DNA of 64,000 nucleotides from contig OX597818.1 of NCBI GenBank assembly GCA_951406725.2, positions 95,542,001-95,606,000 of the forward strand, in the 5' to 3' direction. The translations under genes and the position numbers were made by a program. Source of the stretch: Octopus vulgaris. Its lineage: Eukaryota. This document shows positions 52,097-64,000 of this stretch, piece after piece (the first letter of the stretch is position 1; the number at the start of each line of letters is the position of its first letter). The notes below the pieces were generated by a model that saw nothing but the letters and a program-made list of their open reading frames with translations, was not told where the DNA came from and searched no databases.

Positions 52097-52870
52097 TATG
52101 ATGGTCAGCTGAAAAGTTCATAGGCTGACTAAGATATTCTTATGGAATGTGACCAAATGAAGTTTATTTTTCGACATAGTTCCCCTTACAATCTATATAC
52201 TTCTTCCATTGGTGTTGCAGTGCTTGGATACCATTGGTGAAGAAGCTTTCATCCTGTTGCTCAAAAAAACTCAACAGATATGACATCATCATCACTGCAA
52301 TACTGGTTTTCAGCCAAGTGATTTTTCATGTTAGGGAACAGATGATAGTAAGATGGGGTCAAATCACGAGAATAGGGAGGGTAATCAACCAAGGACTTGT
52401 GGGTTAGAGAATTATCCTAATGAAACATGATGCTTTTTATCAGTTTTTCTGAGCATTTGTTCTTGATAGCCTTTTATAACTGTCTCAGCAAGATGGCATA
52501 GCATTCCCCATTGATGGCGTGGCCCTTTTGAAGATAATCAATTAGCACAAAGCCTGTAGCATCCCAAAACCCGAGGCCATCACCTTCCCTGCAGATGAAA
52601 TGATTTTAGCCTTCTTTGGAATGGATGTTGAGGGGTGTTTCCACTGCATAGATTGTCTCTTTGTCTCTGACTCAAAGTGATGAAGCCAACATTCATCATG
52701 GGTTAGGAAAAATCCAAACAAACCAGCTGGAAATGCTTGAAATAATGTCAGATTTTCCTGTGATGTGATCTTCCTAGTGCACTTTTGATCAGTTGTCAGA
52801 AGACATGGCACCCACCAAGCAGAAACCTTTGTCATGCCAAATTCATTGTGTAGAATATTCCCAACTGTTT
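52097..52870 (-). mobile_element. Mariner fossil
   Basis: WVPCLL, THDECWLHHFESETKRQSMQW and SAGKVMAS motifs; same family as 14480-15150. Confidence 0.88.
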
Positions 52871-53639
52871 AAGTGTTTAAGTCTGCAAGTAATCTGGATG
52901 TGTTATGCTGTGTAGGAACTTATCTTGGCTTCCAAGATGTTAATGAGTTGTTAGACATTTTTCTCACCCCACTACAATAGAGAAATGCTATATTGCTGTT
53001 GCTTAACCCCCAGATCAGCCCTAAAATGATTCATGAGTTGAAGGTGTTGGGTGTGAGATCAAATGCTTTGAAGAGCCATAGAATTAGAAACCAGCAATGT
53101 ACTATGTGCATGGTCACGTGACCTACTAGAAATATTATCTAAGGCCCTTAAATTACATCTTAAATTTTTTTTTTAAATAAGAATATGAACAATATATTGG
53201 ATAATGTAGTCCCAGAAGCACTTTTATTGAAAAAAATAAAAGATGGTTACAGCTAGAACACCCTTGATTATAAGTCTGCTGAATTAGGGCTGACCAGTGT
53301 CTAAACACTGGCAAAGAATGATACACGAGATAATATAATCCTAGATATATCATATCTCGGAAAAAAAGATGTGATGGTCATATCTGGAACAATTTTGATT
53401 GTAGGTTTGCTTGATTGTCAGTTTGCTTGATTAACCAAAAGCCAAGCAACAAAGCAGAACATACTGGATAATACAGTCTTAAGTATACTGTGTGCAGAGC
53501 TAACCATCAATAACAAGGGAGAACATATTGGATAATGTAATTCTAGATATACTATGCCTGAATAAAAGATGGAGTGGTCACAGCTGGAACATCTCACAGG
53601 GCTAAATAACAATTCACAATGTGTCATATTTCTTTGCAG

Positions 53640-53768
53640 GTATTACATTAACATTTAAAGGCTATGGCAAAGCTAAATGGACATCTTCTGATTCTAACAA
53701 TGATGATATTGTGTATGCATCTTCCAGTACTTATATGGATGAGAGAATTACTTTATATGGAACTCCTG
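53640..53768 (+). CDS. Alpha-arrestin coding exon 2
   Basis: Acceptor tttctttgcAG, donor G|GTAAGT; 129 nt, phase 1-1; (G)ITLTFKGYGKAKWTSSDSNNDDIVYASSSTYMDERITLYGTP has the I.L.F.G.....W arrestin motif; this frame is not in the ORF track. Confidence 0.92.
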
Positions 53769-54594
53769 GTAAGTCATAATCAGCCATTCTATTCTTTTCT
53801 ACGACCACACCTTTTGTATAGTAACTCCTATAATTATCATCATCAGCATCAACGTCATTTAATTTCCCTCTTTCTATGTTGGTATAGGTTGAATGATTCA
53901 ACAGGAACCAATAAGCCAGTGAGCTATGCTGAGCTTCAGTATCTGCAGTACTATTCACTCGGGTGATATAAATGATATCATTTATCCCAAATGATATCAT
54001 TTATCATACCTCTTCTTCCTCTTTGACCTACTCCTATTTCCTACACTTCTCCTCCCCCAAACTGATATTCAATTCTATACAGTCACACATGTTTTAATGT
54101 TAATTTTTCCATGCTTACATGAATCTGACAAACTTCATTGAAGCAGAATTTTGACTGCTGGATATCATTTCTGTTGCCAGCCCTCACCCGTTTCCAAACA
54201 AGGTAATATTTCCCCATGAACGAACATGTTTTCATGGAAGATTGGAAACAAATAACACCTCTTGTCTGATGGTGATGCTTGTTTACAATTACTATGTTAC
54301 ATCAAAACAAAATGTACAAACACACTTACACACACGTGTGTGTGTGTATGTGTCATCATCGTCATCGATTTTCTAACATTATTGCGTTCTCATCGCAAGC
54401 ATCTACATCATTATTCGCAGAATGGTTGGTATTAAGAAGGGCATCCAGCCGTAAAAACCCTGCCAAAACAGACACAGTAGCCTAGGGTAGTTTTCTACCT
54501 TGTTGGCTCCTGTCAACCATCCTACCTATGCATTCATGGAAGATGGATGTTAAATGATGATGATGATGATGATGATATATATATATATATATAA

Positions 54595-54990
54595 AAATAT
54601 ATAAAAATACAAAATGGGACAAGAACGCAAAACACTCAAAGAGACGACACAAAAATCGGACGGGTCATTCGAAGCCTCTCAGTCAAGAACCGGATCATCC
54701 TCGCAATTTCGGCTGATTAATCTTGAGATCGCTCCAATCAGGCCAAGCCCTAAGCTACGAGCATTAGATTTCTTGGAAAAAGGATTGAATGTATACGAAA
54801 CAAGGACAGAAAAAAGGTACGATGCCACACGAATATAAATACAAAAAACAATAATAGTAATAACAGGACAAAAACAGTGGGTGTCTTACGACTTTAGACA
54901 GTTCAACTTAGCTTTGCTGGCGTATTTGGAAAAAAATGCCTTTGCGGTAGACGAAGAAAACGATGTTGTCATGGCAGTGGTCAGAAGCCG
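54595..54990. repeat. (TA)n-associated interspersed repeat, copy 2
   Basis: Homologous to 7901-8160; flanked by (TA)n on both sides. Confidence 0.75.
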
Positions 54991-55659
54991 ATATATATAT
55001 AATATGTATGTGTATATAAAATCATCATCATCATTGCTGTTATTTGAAATGGTTTGACAGGAGCCATTGAGCCAGAGAATTTAGCATAGTTTCTGTAGCT
55101 GGAGGTCCTTTTTTTTGTGGCATTTGTGAAGCCACCAAGTAACTTGCAAGGCAACACTCGTCAGCTGCAGGAGATATAGTATTGAGGAAGATGGCTTTAT
55201 TGCAGGTGTTGATAAGAACAGAAACAGGTGTTTAGCTGCAGAGGAAATACATGGCTTTCCCTGCTGGTAAGAGAGAAAAGACATGGTGTGGAAGTAACCT
55301 CAAAGAGCAAGGTGAATATAATAGAGAATTGGGCTTGAAGATCAGAAAGAGTGGGCGTGTAGGTAAGTTCATGAGAATGTGAAAGGAGAGTGACAGGTGG
55401 TTGGAGATGGGGATGGAGTTGGATGCAGTGAATGGGGCACACAGGTGAAGGTATGGTCAATGGTGCATATCGGTTGGTGGGGTGTGGGGTGAGGGTGAAG
55501 CAAATAGAAGTGGGAGGAGGTGGTAAGTGAGAGTAATAGGGAGACAATGTGAAATGTAGGAGGATAAATGGTATCATTTACAGTAGCTAAGTCAGTAGAG
55601 TAATAGAAGATTGATGGAGGGGTGGGTCTTTAAAGATGAGTTGTAGTATAAGGCTTGAT

Positions 55660-56130
55660 ATATGGGTCTTCTCAAGCACAATGTATTACCAATCATTTCA
55701 GTTCTTTGTCATCTCTTCCAAGAGACTCAATATCAGGTTGGTCTTCACTACTTCATCCCATGTTTTCCTGGATCTTCCCCTTCTACATGTTCCATTCACA
55801 TGCAGACCTCAGCATATCTTTCTTGTACATCATATTTGATGCGTCTTATACCCAATTTTTCTCTCGACATTTATACTTTGTCATAAATGCACATTGACAA
55901 TACACATCTGGTGAAGTATAGTCACTTCATTTCTTTCTAGTCTTTCTATATCCCCTGCATTCATAGCCCAAGTTTCACAACCATGGAGCATTGCTGCTTG
56001 AATACAAACATCATGCAATCTGCCTTTCACTCTGCATCTGAAGCCTTTTGTTACCAACAGAAGTAATAGTCCCTGAATTTTCTCCAGCTAGTTCTTATTC
56101 TAGCAACTGTACTTTCAGAATGTCCCTCTC
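55660..56130 (-). mobile_element. RTE-like LINE 3' fragment
   Basis: Colinear similarity to 24580-25090. Confidence 0.65.
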
Positions 56131-56844
56131 CACTGTATATATCTCATCGTCATTTAATGCCTGTTTTCCATGTTGGCACCAGCTAGACCATATATATCTA
56201 TATATACGTAGAGACTATGAGCTTCTATCAGTTTCCACCTACTAAATCCACTCACACGGTTTTGGTCAGACTGGGGTTATTGTAGAATTTACTTGTCCAA
56301 GATACCACACAGTGGGACTGAACCCAAAAGCACATGGTTAAGGAAACAAACTTCTTAACCACACAGCTATACCTCCACTTGCATTTATATTATATCTATA
56401 TAGTTATATCTTCAATATAATTACACTTTTTAATATAACTTCTATATAGTCGCACATTTTATATTATTTCTCTATAGTCACAGTTTCAGTATAGTTATAT
56501 TTTCCATATTACTCATATATAACTACACCTATATTATTTCTGTATTGTAACATCTTCCATATTGCTTCTGTATAGTTACACCTATGATAATTGAACAAAT
56601 GAGACTCTTCATAGTCTCATTTGCCTTATTACAAATAATCAAATCTCTGACATATTACACCTTACCTTCTTTGAAAATGACTTGCTGGATAATGTGCATA
56701 TAGGTAAAGATAGGATGGTTGCACCTGTATTTTGTTTCGCCATAGATTTGCTTGATCAAGACTGGCTTCAGGCTGAGTAGCAACAACAACAAGATGATAA
56801 TAATAATGATAATAATAATAATAATAATAATAGTAATAATAATA

Positions 56845-57213
56845 ATGAGCGCTCAGAGAGCGCAAACCTCCACCAAGGCAACACCAGTGTCCTCTCAACG
56901 ATTAGCCAGAGATGATTTTTAAAATGAGAATATCTGAAATAAACTTGACTGCTTTCACAAACGAGAATGCTAAAAATGAACCCAGCCACTCTCAAAAATT
57001 AAGTAAAAAACAGGAAAAGTCATCCAGAATCCTTGTCTGGTACTGGATCAATCCCAAAATCTAATCAATTCGTGCCAGTCACGAGGCCAAAGATCCATGA
57101 AAGTTTCAGCCCAATCCATCCAGTGGTTTTTGAGATATATTGTCCATGGACAAACAAACAGCAGACAAACATGACTGAAAATGATATCTCTGCCTTCGCT
57201 AAGGCAGAGGTAA
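56845..57213 (-). mobile_element. Helentron-associated element (HINE/DINE-1-like) in (TAA)n
   Basis: 5' subTIR acctctgcc with partial inverted copy, GTTT microsatellite, 3' subTIR ggtggaggt and terminal hairpin gcgctc..gagcgc. Confidence 0.7.
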
Positions 57214-57221
57214 TAATAATG

Positions 57222-57256
<35 letters not shown>

Positions 57257-57455
57257 CTTAGTTTAACCTTAGCTAGCAAAGCATGTCTCTTAGTGACTGA
57301 CGATATGTGCATCTCTGATCACGAGCAGAAGTAGTGGGGGAGCATCATAGCCAGCTTTGGGGTCTGAACAATTCACCTCTAGAAATATGAATGTTCCGTT
57401 CATCATCCTTAAACAAACCTATAATAATGATAATTGTGTGTGTTTTCCATTTTAG

Positions 57456-57673
57456 ATCAACTTGAATTACACCGTATGGATTCTGGAGAATACAGGTACC
57501 CATTCACATATAATATTCCCCCATTGGTACCATCATCCTGTTCTGGTGATCGGGGTAAAGTAAAATACAAGTTGATTGCTGTTATACAACGTTTCTGGAA
57601 GTCCTTCATAGAAAAGGAAAAAGTTGTCAAGATTTTCAGACCTCTTGATCTGAATGCTGAACCAGGTCCCTCA
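57456..57673 (+). CDS. Alpha-arrestin coding exon 3
   Basis: Acceptor ccattttAG, donor GTAAGT; 218 nt, phase 1-0; DQLELHRMDSGEYRYPFTYNIPPLVPSSCSGDRGKVKYKLIAVIQRFWK...RPLDLNAEPGPS carries the G...YPF...P..PSS..G..G.V.Y and LDLN signatures. Confidence 0.95.
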
Positions 57674-58886
57674 GTAAGTACACAGTACTATCACATCACC
57701 ATTCAGTATCACTCTTATCATCATCATCACTATCACTACTGTCACCACTGTCGCCATCAAAATTGCTACCATCGAAACCATCACCCCACCCCCATCATCA
57801 TCAACAGCGGTATAACCAACATAATTACAATCAACACCACTATCATCATCATTGTCACTACCAATCACCACCATTAAAACTACCCCCACCAACAGCAACA
57901 CTACCAACATCACTACCATCACCACCACAATCTGCACCATAGCATCATCTTCACCACCACCACTACCACTATTCTCACCAATACAGCCATGATCCAATGA
58001 GGCGTGTCTGTATGGTTACTCAGTCTGCTAGAAAGTGCAGCTAAATCGCCATCAAATCACATCCTACTATCTGAAAAAGGAGATGGCACATTTGATATTG
58101 TAGTCCTAGATACATTATGCTTAAAGAAACGATGGGTTGATCATGGTTTGAATGCTTTTATTATTTTTTTTATATATTATATTGCAATTGCTTAACAATA
58201 GTGTTGTTGGTTAGATGTTTCTGGTGGGCCAATCTTTGGGTTACTACATTTGTGACAGTGAAAGTGACAAGGGAGTGTCTGTAACTCAGTGCAGAACAAA
58301 TATCACTAGGAAAAGCACTGTTTTTCTAAGTTTCCATGTTAATGTTTACATCCTTTGCTGACATACAGATGCACACCTGTATGTATGTGCATATACATGC
58401 TGGCATACATACACATACATGTGTCTGTGTATGTCTACATAATTGTTGCATACATGTATGCATGTATGTATGTATGTATGTATGTATGCATACATACATA
58501 CATACATGCATATATATAATGGCAAAAGTCACTTACCCCAGGTGCTGTGCTCTGGGATTGAACCTAGAAGCATATGTCCACTCTTTTGATAATAGATATT
58601 CTTAATGACATTTGACCTGAGCTAAACCACAATAACTTCCCATCACCAGTACTACCATCACTTCCACAAAAGACCAGAATCAGTCCTTGTTGCAGATGTT
58701 GTAGATTAAATATGTTTATTCCTAGTCAACTTTTATCTTTCACTTGTTTCAATCATTAGACTGCAGCCATGCTGGAGAACTTCCTTGAAGAATAAATTAG
58801 TTTTTTGATACCCTGCATTAAATATGTTTGTCTCCTACTCAGTTGTTAGTTTCATTCATGTCTGTCTATTCTCCATTATCTGACAG

Positions 58887-59069
58887 CTTGAAATTAAAGT
58901 CCAAGATATCATGGATGCCAGCTGCTGTTGTCTGTCTGATGGAAACATTTTTGCTAAGCTGTCTGTCAAGAAGAATCGCTTTGCCATTGGTGAAGTGATT
59001 GACTTTGATATTGAATTATTGAACCGGAGTAATCGTAATATCAGTTCAGGTACACTACGTTTGCAACAG
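58887..59069 (+). CDS. Alpha-arrestin coding exon 4 (start of arrestin_C)
   Basis: Acceptor tgacAG, donor CAG|GTAAGA; 183 nt, phase 0-0; LEIKVQDIMDASCCCLSDGNIFAKLSVKKNRFAIGEVIDFDIELLNRSNRNISSGTLRLQQ (Cys cluster, GE.I.....N.S motif). Confidence 0.95.
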
Positions 59070-61131
59070 GTAAGATCATACATTTATCACTCTCCTTGTC
59101 TCTCTGTCTCTCTCTTTCTGTGTCCCCTTATCTTTCGCTTGTCATTTTTGGTTTTAATAATTAATGGATGGAGGGCCCCAAAACGGCTTTGCTTTGGGTA
59201 TCAGTCGTAAGTTTCACTGTTTTTGTTCTAAAAAATTTCAGTTTTCAACCTACCCACCCGAGACTGCCCCTAATTCTGTGATATAAACTTCCTGTTTTAA
59301 AGTGATCTAAATTAAAACCTTCCATCATCATCATCATCATCATCATCATAATTCAGTGTCCATTTTCCATGCTGGCATGGGTTAGATGGTTTAACTGGGA
59401 CTAGTGAGCTGGTTTCTACAGCTGGATGCTCTTCTTAACACCAACCACTCCAAGCGTGTAATGGGTATATTTTATGTGTCACTGGCACTGGCCACGACTA
59501 CAGTTTCACTTGGTTTGACATTTCTTTTCGAGCACAGCAAATCACCAAAGGTCTCAATCACTTGTCATCGCCTCCATGAGACTCAACCGTTGAAGATCAT
59601 GCTCCATCACTTTATCCCATATTTTCCTAGGTCTACCTCTTCTGCAGGTTCTCTCCACAGCTGTCTTCATTAAAATTCCACATTAATTTATGTTGGAACC
59701 ACCAGCTTAATCCTTTTGTTACCATATTTTTATTGTAATAGACTTTGTTTTAATTAATTTTGAAAATAACAAAGAATTTAGTAACTTAACCTTATCATTA
59801 TCAAGCTGGTGTTTGTAACATAAATTAACATTGAAATTTGGAAGGAAGGTTTTAACTCAGTTCACTTTAAATTGTATGATAAAACCAGGAGCAGTATCAA
59901 GCAGTTTGGTAGCAAAAAGGTTTAATAATGTCAAAGTTATTTTAGTAGAGTTCTCATTATTTGAAAATTGAATAGCAACAAAGGCAGTATATGTCAACAG
60001 AAATATGGTAACAAAAGGATTAAAGTTGTTTTTGCCCTGTCACCATTCACTTCTATATTAATACTGTACCACTCATATGGCAAATGAATTCCTTGTGTTC
60101 ATTCAAGTCAAAGGTGGCTACACTCACTGCATACTTCATGACTTAGGCCTTTTTTTTTTTAACATTTAGCCAGCAATACTTGTTCATTTTGTTTAAGTAC
60201 ATTTTGTTAAGACTTCTGTCCAGCAGTCTGAAAGATATTATTTTTCAGTATGTTTTGAAATGTCATTTGCACATACAACATCAAGTTAAATACCACATGT
60301 GAGTGAGATCATCATTTTCAAGCAGTTTAGCTGTCTTTTCTAGTTGGAGGTTTTCTCTGTTGTTTTCTTTTCCATTGAGGCAACAACACTACCACCACAG
60401 TCGCCCACTCACCCATCCATCTATATGGCCATGAATTGAAAAGTTCACGAGCATGTGACAAGTCAAAAAAACTGTTGTGCTCCAATGTCAGCATATATAC
60501 AATGGGCTTCTTTCAGTTTCCGTCTACCAAATCCACTTACAAGGCTTTGGTCGGCGCGAGGCTATAGTAGAAGACACTTGCCCAAGGTGCCATGCAGTGG
60601 GACTGAACCCGGAACCATCTGTTTGGTAAGCAAGCTACTTACCACACAGCCACTCCTACGCCTACATCTTTACATTCTGAGTTCAAATTCTGCTGAGGTT
60701 GGCTTTACCTTTCATTGTTTTAGGGTCAATAAAATAAATACCAGCCAAGCACTGGGGTCGATGTAATAAACTTATCCCATCCCCTCAAATCGCTGGCCTT
60801 TTGCAAAAATTTGAAATCATCATCATCATTACTACTATTAATTATTATTATGGCAGAGGTGAGCTGGCAGATTTGTTAGCACATCAGACGAAATATTTAG
60901 TAGCATTTCTTCTAGTTCACATTCTCAATTCAAATTCCACCAAGTTTGACTTTGCTTTTCATCCTTTCAAGGCTTAATAAAATAAGCACCAGTTAAGCAA
61001 TGGGGGGGGGGGGGGTTCAATGTAATTGAGCAAACCCCTCCCCTAAAATTATTGGCCTTATATCAAAATTTGAAACAACTTTTATTAGATTTATCACCTT
61101 GTTTGTTTGTTTGTTTTTTTCCTTTATTCAG

Positions 61132-61347
61132 ATAGTAGTATTTTCTGCTCGAAGAACTGATGGTGCAGATCCTGATTCATATGATTTTACCAAAGTGAAA
61201 AAAGAGAAGAATTATATTGACATACACAAGACAGGCAAGGTACGACCATATGAACAGTATAAAGCTACAGACAAAGTTCGAATCCCTCCAGTTGCTACAT
61301 CTCATCTTGAGGGCTGTGAATTCATCAATGTCATCTACCGAGTTCAG
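61132..61347 (+). CDS. Alpha-arrestin coding exon 5
   Basis: Long pyrimidine tract plus CAG, donor CAG|GTAACA; 216 nt, phase 0-0; ...VRIPPVATSHLEGCEFINVIYRVQ matches the L.IPP.P.S.L..C..I.V.Y arrestin_C motif; no further exon found before the window end. Confidence 0.93.
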
Positions 61348-61749
61348 GTAACATTTATTTGTTAAATAACTCTTTACTTAGCATCATTTATTTTATAATT
61401 GCTTGACAGTGACTCCCACTCTACCTTCGCTTTTCTGATAGGTACATTACCTGATAGGCCTGACCACAGTGGCTCAGAAATTGTCTACTATTCTAGACTT
61501 GGATATAGTGGCTTATAGGTTACCTGCTAGATAATTTAGTGCTACTTGTTTGGTAGTTTAGTGATATTAGTTAGATAATTTAGAGTATTAATTATGTAAT
61601 TAAGAGGTTGTCGATAGATAATTAAGATACCCCTTTAAGTAATCTCAAAGATACTTATTCACATTTGAATGGAGTTTAATAGTGGCAAACCAAAACATAA
61701 TATCCATTTCTTTAAATTTGACAAACACGATAAGCAAAAATAAATGTCT

Positions 61750-62140
61750 TTCGTGCCGGTGGCACATAAAAAACACCATTCGTGTGTGATCTTTACCTGC
61801 GTCGCCTTACTGGCACTTGTGCTGGTGGCACATGAAAAAACATTCGAGCGAGGTCGTTGCCAGTGCTGCTGGACTGGCTCTTGTGCAGGTGGCACATAAA
61901 AAGCACCATTTGAGCGTGGCTGTTGCCAGTACCACCTGACTGGCCCTCGTGCCAGTGGCATGTAAAAGCACCCACTATACTCTCGGAGTGGTTGGTGTTA
62001 GGAAAGTCATCCAGCTGTAGAAACTCTGCTAGATCAGATTGGAGTCTGGTGCAGCCTTCTGGTTCACCAGACCTCAGTCAAATCGTCCAACCCATGCTAG
62101 CATGGAAAGCGGATGTTAAACAATGATGATGATGATGATG
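61750..62140 (+). mobile_element. (GAT)n-tailed retroposon family B (representative copy)
   Basis: aaagcacccactacactctcggagtggttgg...gttaaac(gat)n; copies at about 915(-), 8578, 10698, 13340(-), 30451, 50380, 54418 and 59324(-). Confidence 0.85.
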
Positions 62141-62359
62141 AATCTAATATCTATTAACTTCTTCATTAATTTCTTTGGTTTTCTAATTCTTTGAGGAGAA
62201 TTACATCCCAAATCTTCATCGCAAGAGCTATCTATATCTCAAAATAGTAAAGAATTACAACAGTTGTTTGGGTTCTTTGCATTATAAGCAAATGGCTCTC
62301 TTCTGACTGTTCAATAATTAGTCATTAGTGATGCAATATTCTGACTATCTAAGGATGAT

Positions 62360-62584
62360 ATAATCCTTTAGCATTTAAACTGGCCATACCTGACCCAAAT
62401 AGTCTACCAGTTGCATGTTCGAATTGGCCAGATGCAGCCTCTCTCACCTACCCAACAATGTTATTCTAGAAATAAACAATTGTATCAAAATTTTGAAGCT
62501 GTAAGATAATGCATGATTAATTCAAAACAGTGTGAATAAATAAGCATTACATTTGACAGAATAATTTGAATGCAAAAAGGATAA
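62360..62584. mobile_element. TTAA-type MITE, same family as 5238-5464
   Basis: Colinear similarity over about 225 nt. Confidence 0.75.
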
Positions 62585-63268
62585 AGTGTATCAATTCTGT
62601 CAAAATAATTGACTGGGTGGATGTAGGTGCTATTAATAATGATGTGTCTGTTATCATTAAAATAGAGGTTATTAATGAAATTATTGGTGTAACATTATCA
62701 CAAGGTTCCTAGACCTGTGGCATTTTTCTCAAGGTCTGGAAAAACTTTTACCGTATGAAAACATCATAACATATACCATGAACACCATCTTCCACCACCA
62801 TCTTTATGTGAAAAAACATCACAATGACCACAACCAACAGTTGGAGAGTTGCTGCTGCTGCTAACCTAATGCCAAGCAGTTTAAAATAAAATAATGAGAT
62901 CACTGTAACTACACATTTCTTGGACTACTTCCTACTGAAGATAGGTGTTTGTGCCCAAAATATAAAGGTCTTTTGTAAAACTTTCTGCATGGTTAGAAGC
63001 TTTTTTTTTATTTCTCTATGCTTGGATTTTCTACTTCTGGACTACAATGCTTCAAGCAAACTGCAATGCTTCAAATGAACTACAACACTCTTATTCTCTT
63101 ACCATATTGTCAAAAGAGCTTACACAGTTATAGAACTTGAGAAAAGTAAACATTTCTCAATTTTGTGACAGATGAAAGGTGCACTGTGTTTGACAATAAA
63201 AACTATAGAAAAATTTTATTATAGTGAAAAAATCCTTCACTAGCAAATCAAAATTTCTCTTCTTTTAT

Positions 63269-64000
63269 CTCTCTATATATAAAACTGAGAATGTGTGTCT
63301 GTCTGTCTGTCTGTATGTTTCCCTAAAACTTGAGAACTACACAACCAATTTCATTCAAATTTTACACATGCCTTACTTAGGGTCCATGTAGTTTCATGGG
63401 CAAAAAAAATGTTGAACTTCTTAGCAATATCATATCTTCTCCACTATTTCAGTATTACGTGTTAAAAGTGAAACAAAAATATTTCTCTATTTTATGTCAG
63501 ATGCTTTCACTTTAACAATAAAAATAATAATAACAATTGAATTATATGTAGTAAGTAATAATTAAAATCAAACTAAAGTATAATATTATCGTAACATAAC
63601 AAAAGTAAAAATAGCAATTGGTATAAAATTGCATCAATGACTTGAACTTGAATCAGTAGTTTCACATGAATGGGAATAAATAAAAAATAAAATTTAAGTG
63701 CAGAAATGGAATAGTCCAGATGGAGGTGTGCACGGCTTTTACATTAAATTATTTGCTAATTAGCTAGCATTAAGTATCTATATGAAGTTTGGCTGTATGT
63801 AATGTCTGTTTTCTCGAAAGATGCTTCTACTGAGTACCACTGTTGGTTTATTTCTGATCCATAAAGGCCTATAGCTTCAACAGAGTACTGCTTTTTGGTT
63901 TACCGTAAGGTTTGTTGTTATTATTATTTCTGTTTAACTATTGTTATCACGTTTGTTGGTTTCTCGTAAGGGAAGCGTTGTTGTGTTGTATTTGTTAAAT
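63269..64000 (+). mobile_element. Helitron 5' part
   Basis: tctctctatatataaaa plus (GTCT)n plus ccaatttcattcaaattttacac; right end uncertain. Confidence 0.55.

Noticed and set aside
53160-53610. Three to four spaced repeats, superficially CRISPR-like
   Set aside because: Degenerate copies of a common repeat fragment in a eukaryotic intron; no constant repeat-spacer structure and no cas genes
57674-57997. His/Thr-rich ORF extension and antisense Val/Asp-rich ORF
   Set aside because: Intronic (CAT/CAC)n low complexity after the exon 3 donor
61350-64000. Search for arrestin exon 6
   Set aside because: No acceptor-flanked frame with the expected PI.IG motif; probably beyond the window

Overview
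AT-rich, repeat-dense animal genomic DNA. The SINE, MITE and microsatellite content suggests an octopus/coleoid cephalopod (inferred from recalled repeat families, not a search). Genes: (1) a well-supported plus-strand alpha-arrestin (ARRDC-like) gene with five phase-compatible coding exons (51021-61347), whose 3' end runs beyond the window; (2) a probable minus-strand gene of unknown identity (first coding exon 20175-19707, candidate further exons at 17.9 kb and 2.7 kb), lying downstream of an E-box/CCAAT-rich, CpG-retaining promoter-like region at about 21.7-22.3 kb. The rest is nested transposon fossils: Penelope-like elements (PLEs), RTE-like, Hero-like, R4/Dong-like and CR1/L2-like LINEs, Tc1/mariner, hAT, piggyBac, Helitrons/HINE and tRNA-SINEs. 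The most striking hidden layer is at least seven type I hammerhead ribozyme motifs of several designs, mostly at PLE ends in (TA)n microsatellites. Two have intact catalytic cores and unusually long stem II (33311-33420 plus, 8447-8534 minus), and one of these belongs to a divergent inverted pair. Also present are a perfect 58-bp inverted repeat, an intronic pre-miRNA-like hairpin and a PHD-type finger inside a LINE reverse transcriptase. Fossil boundaries are approximate and family calls rest on motif recognition by eye.
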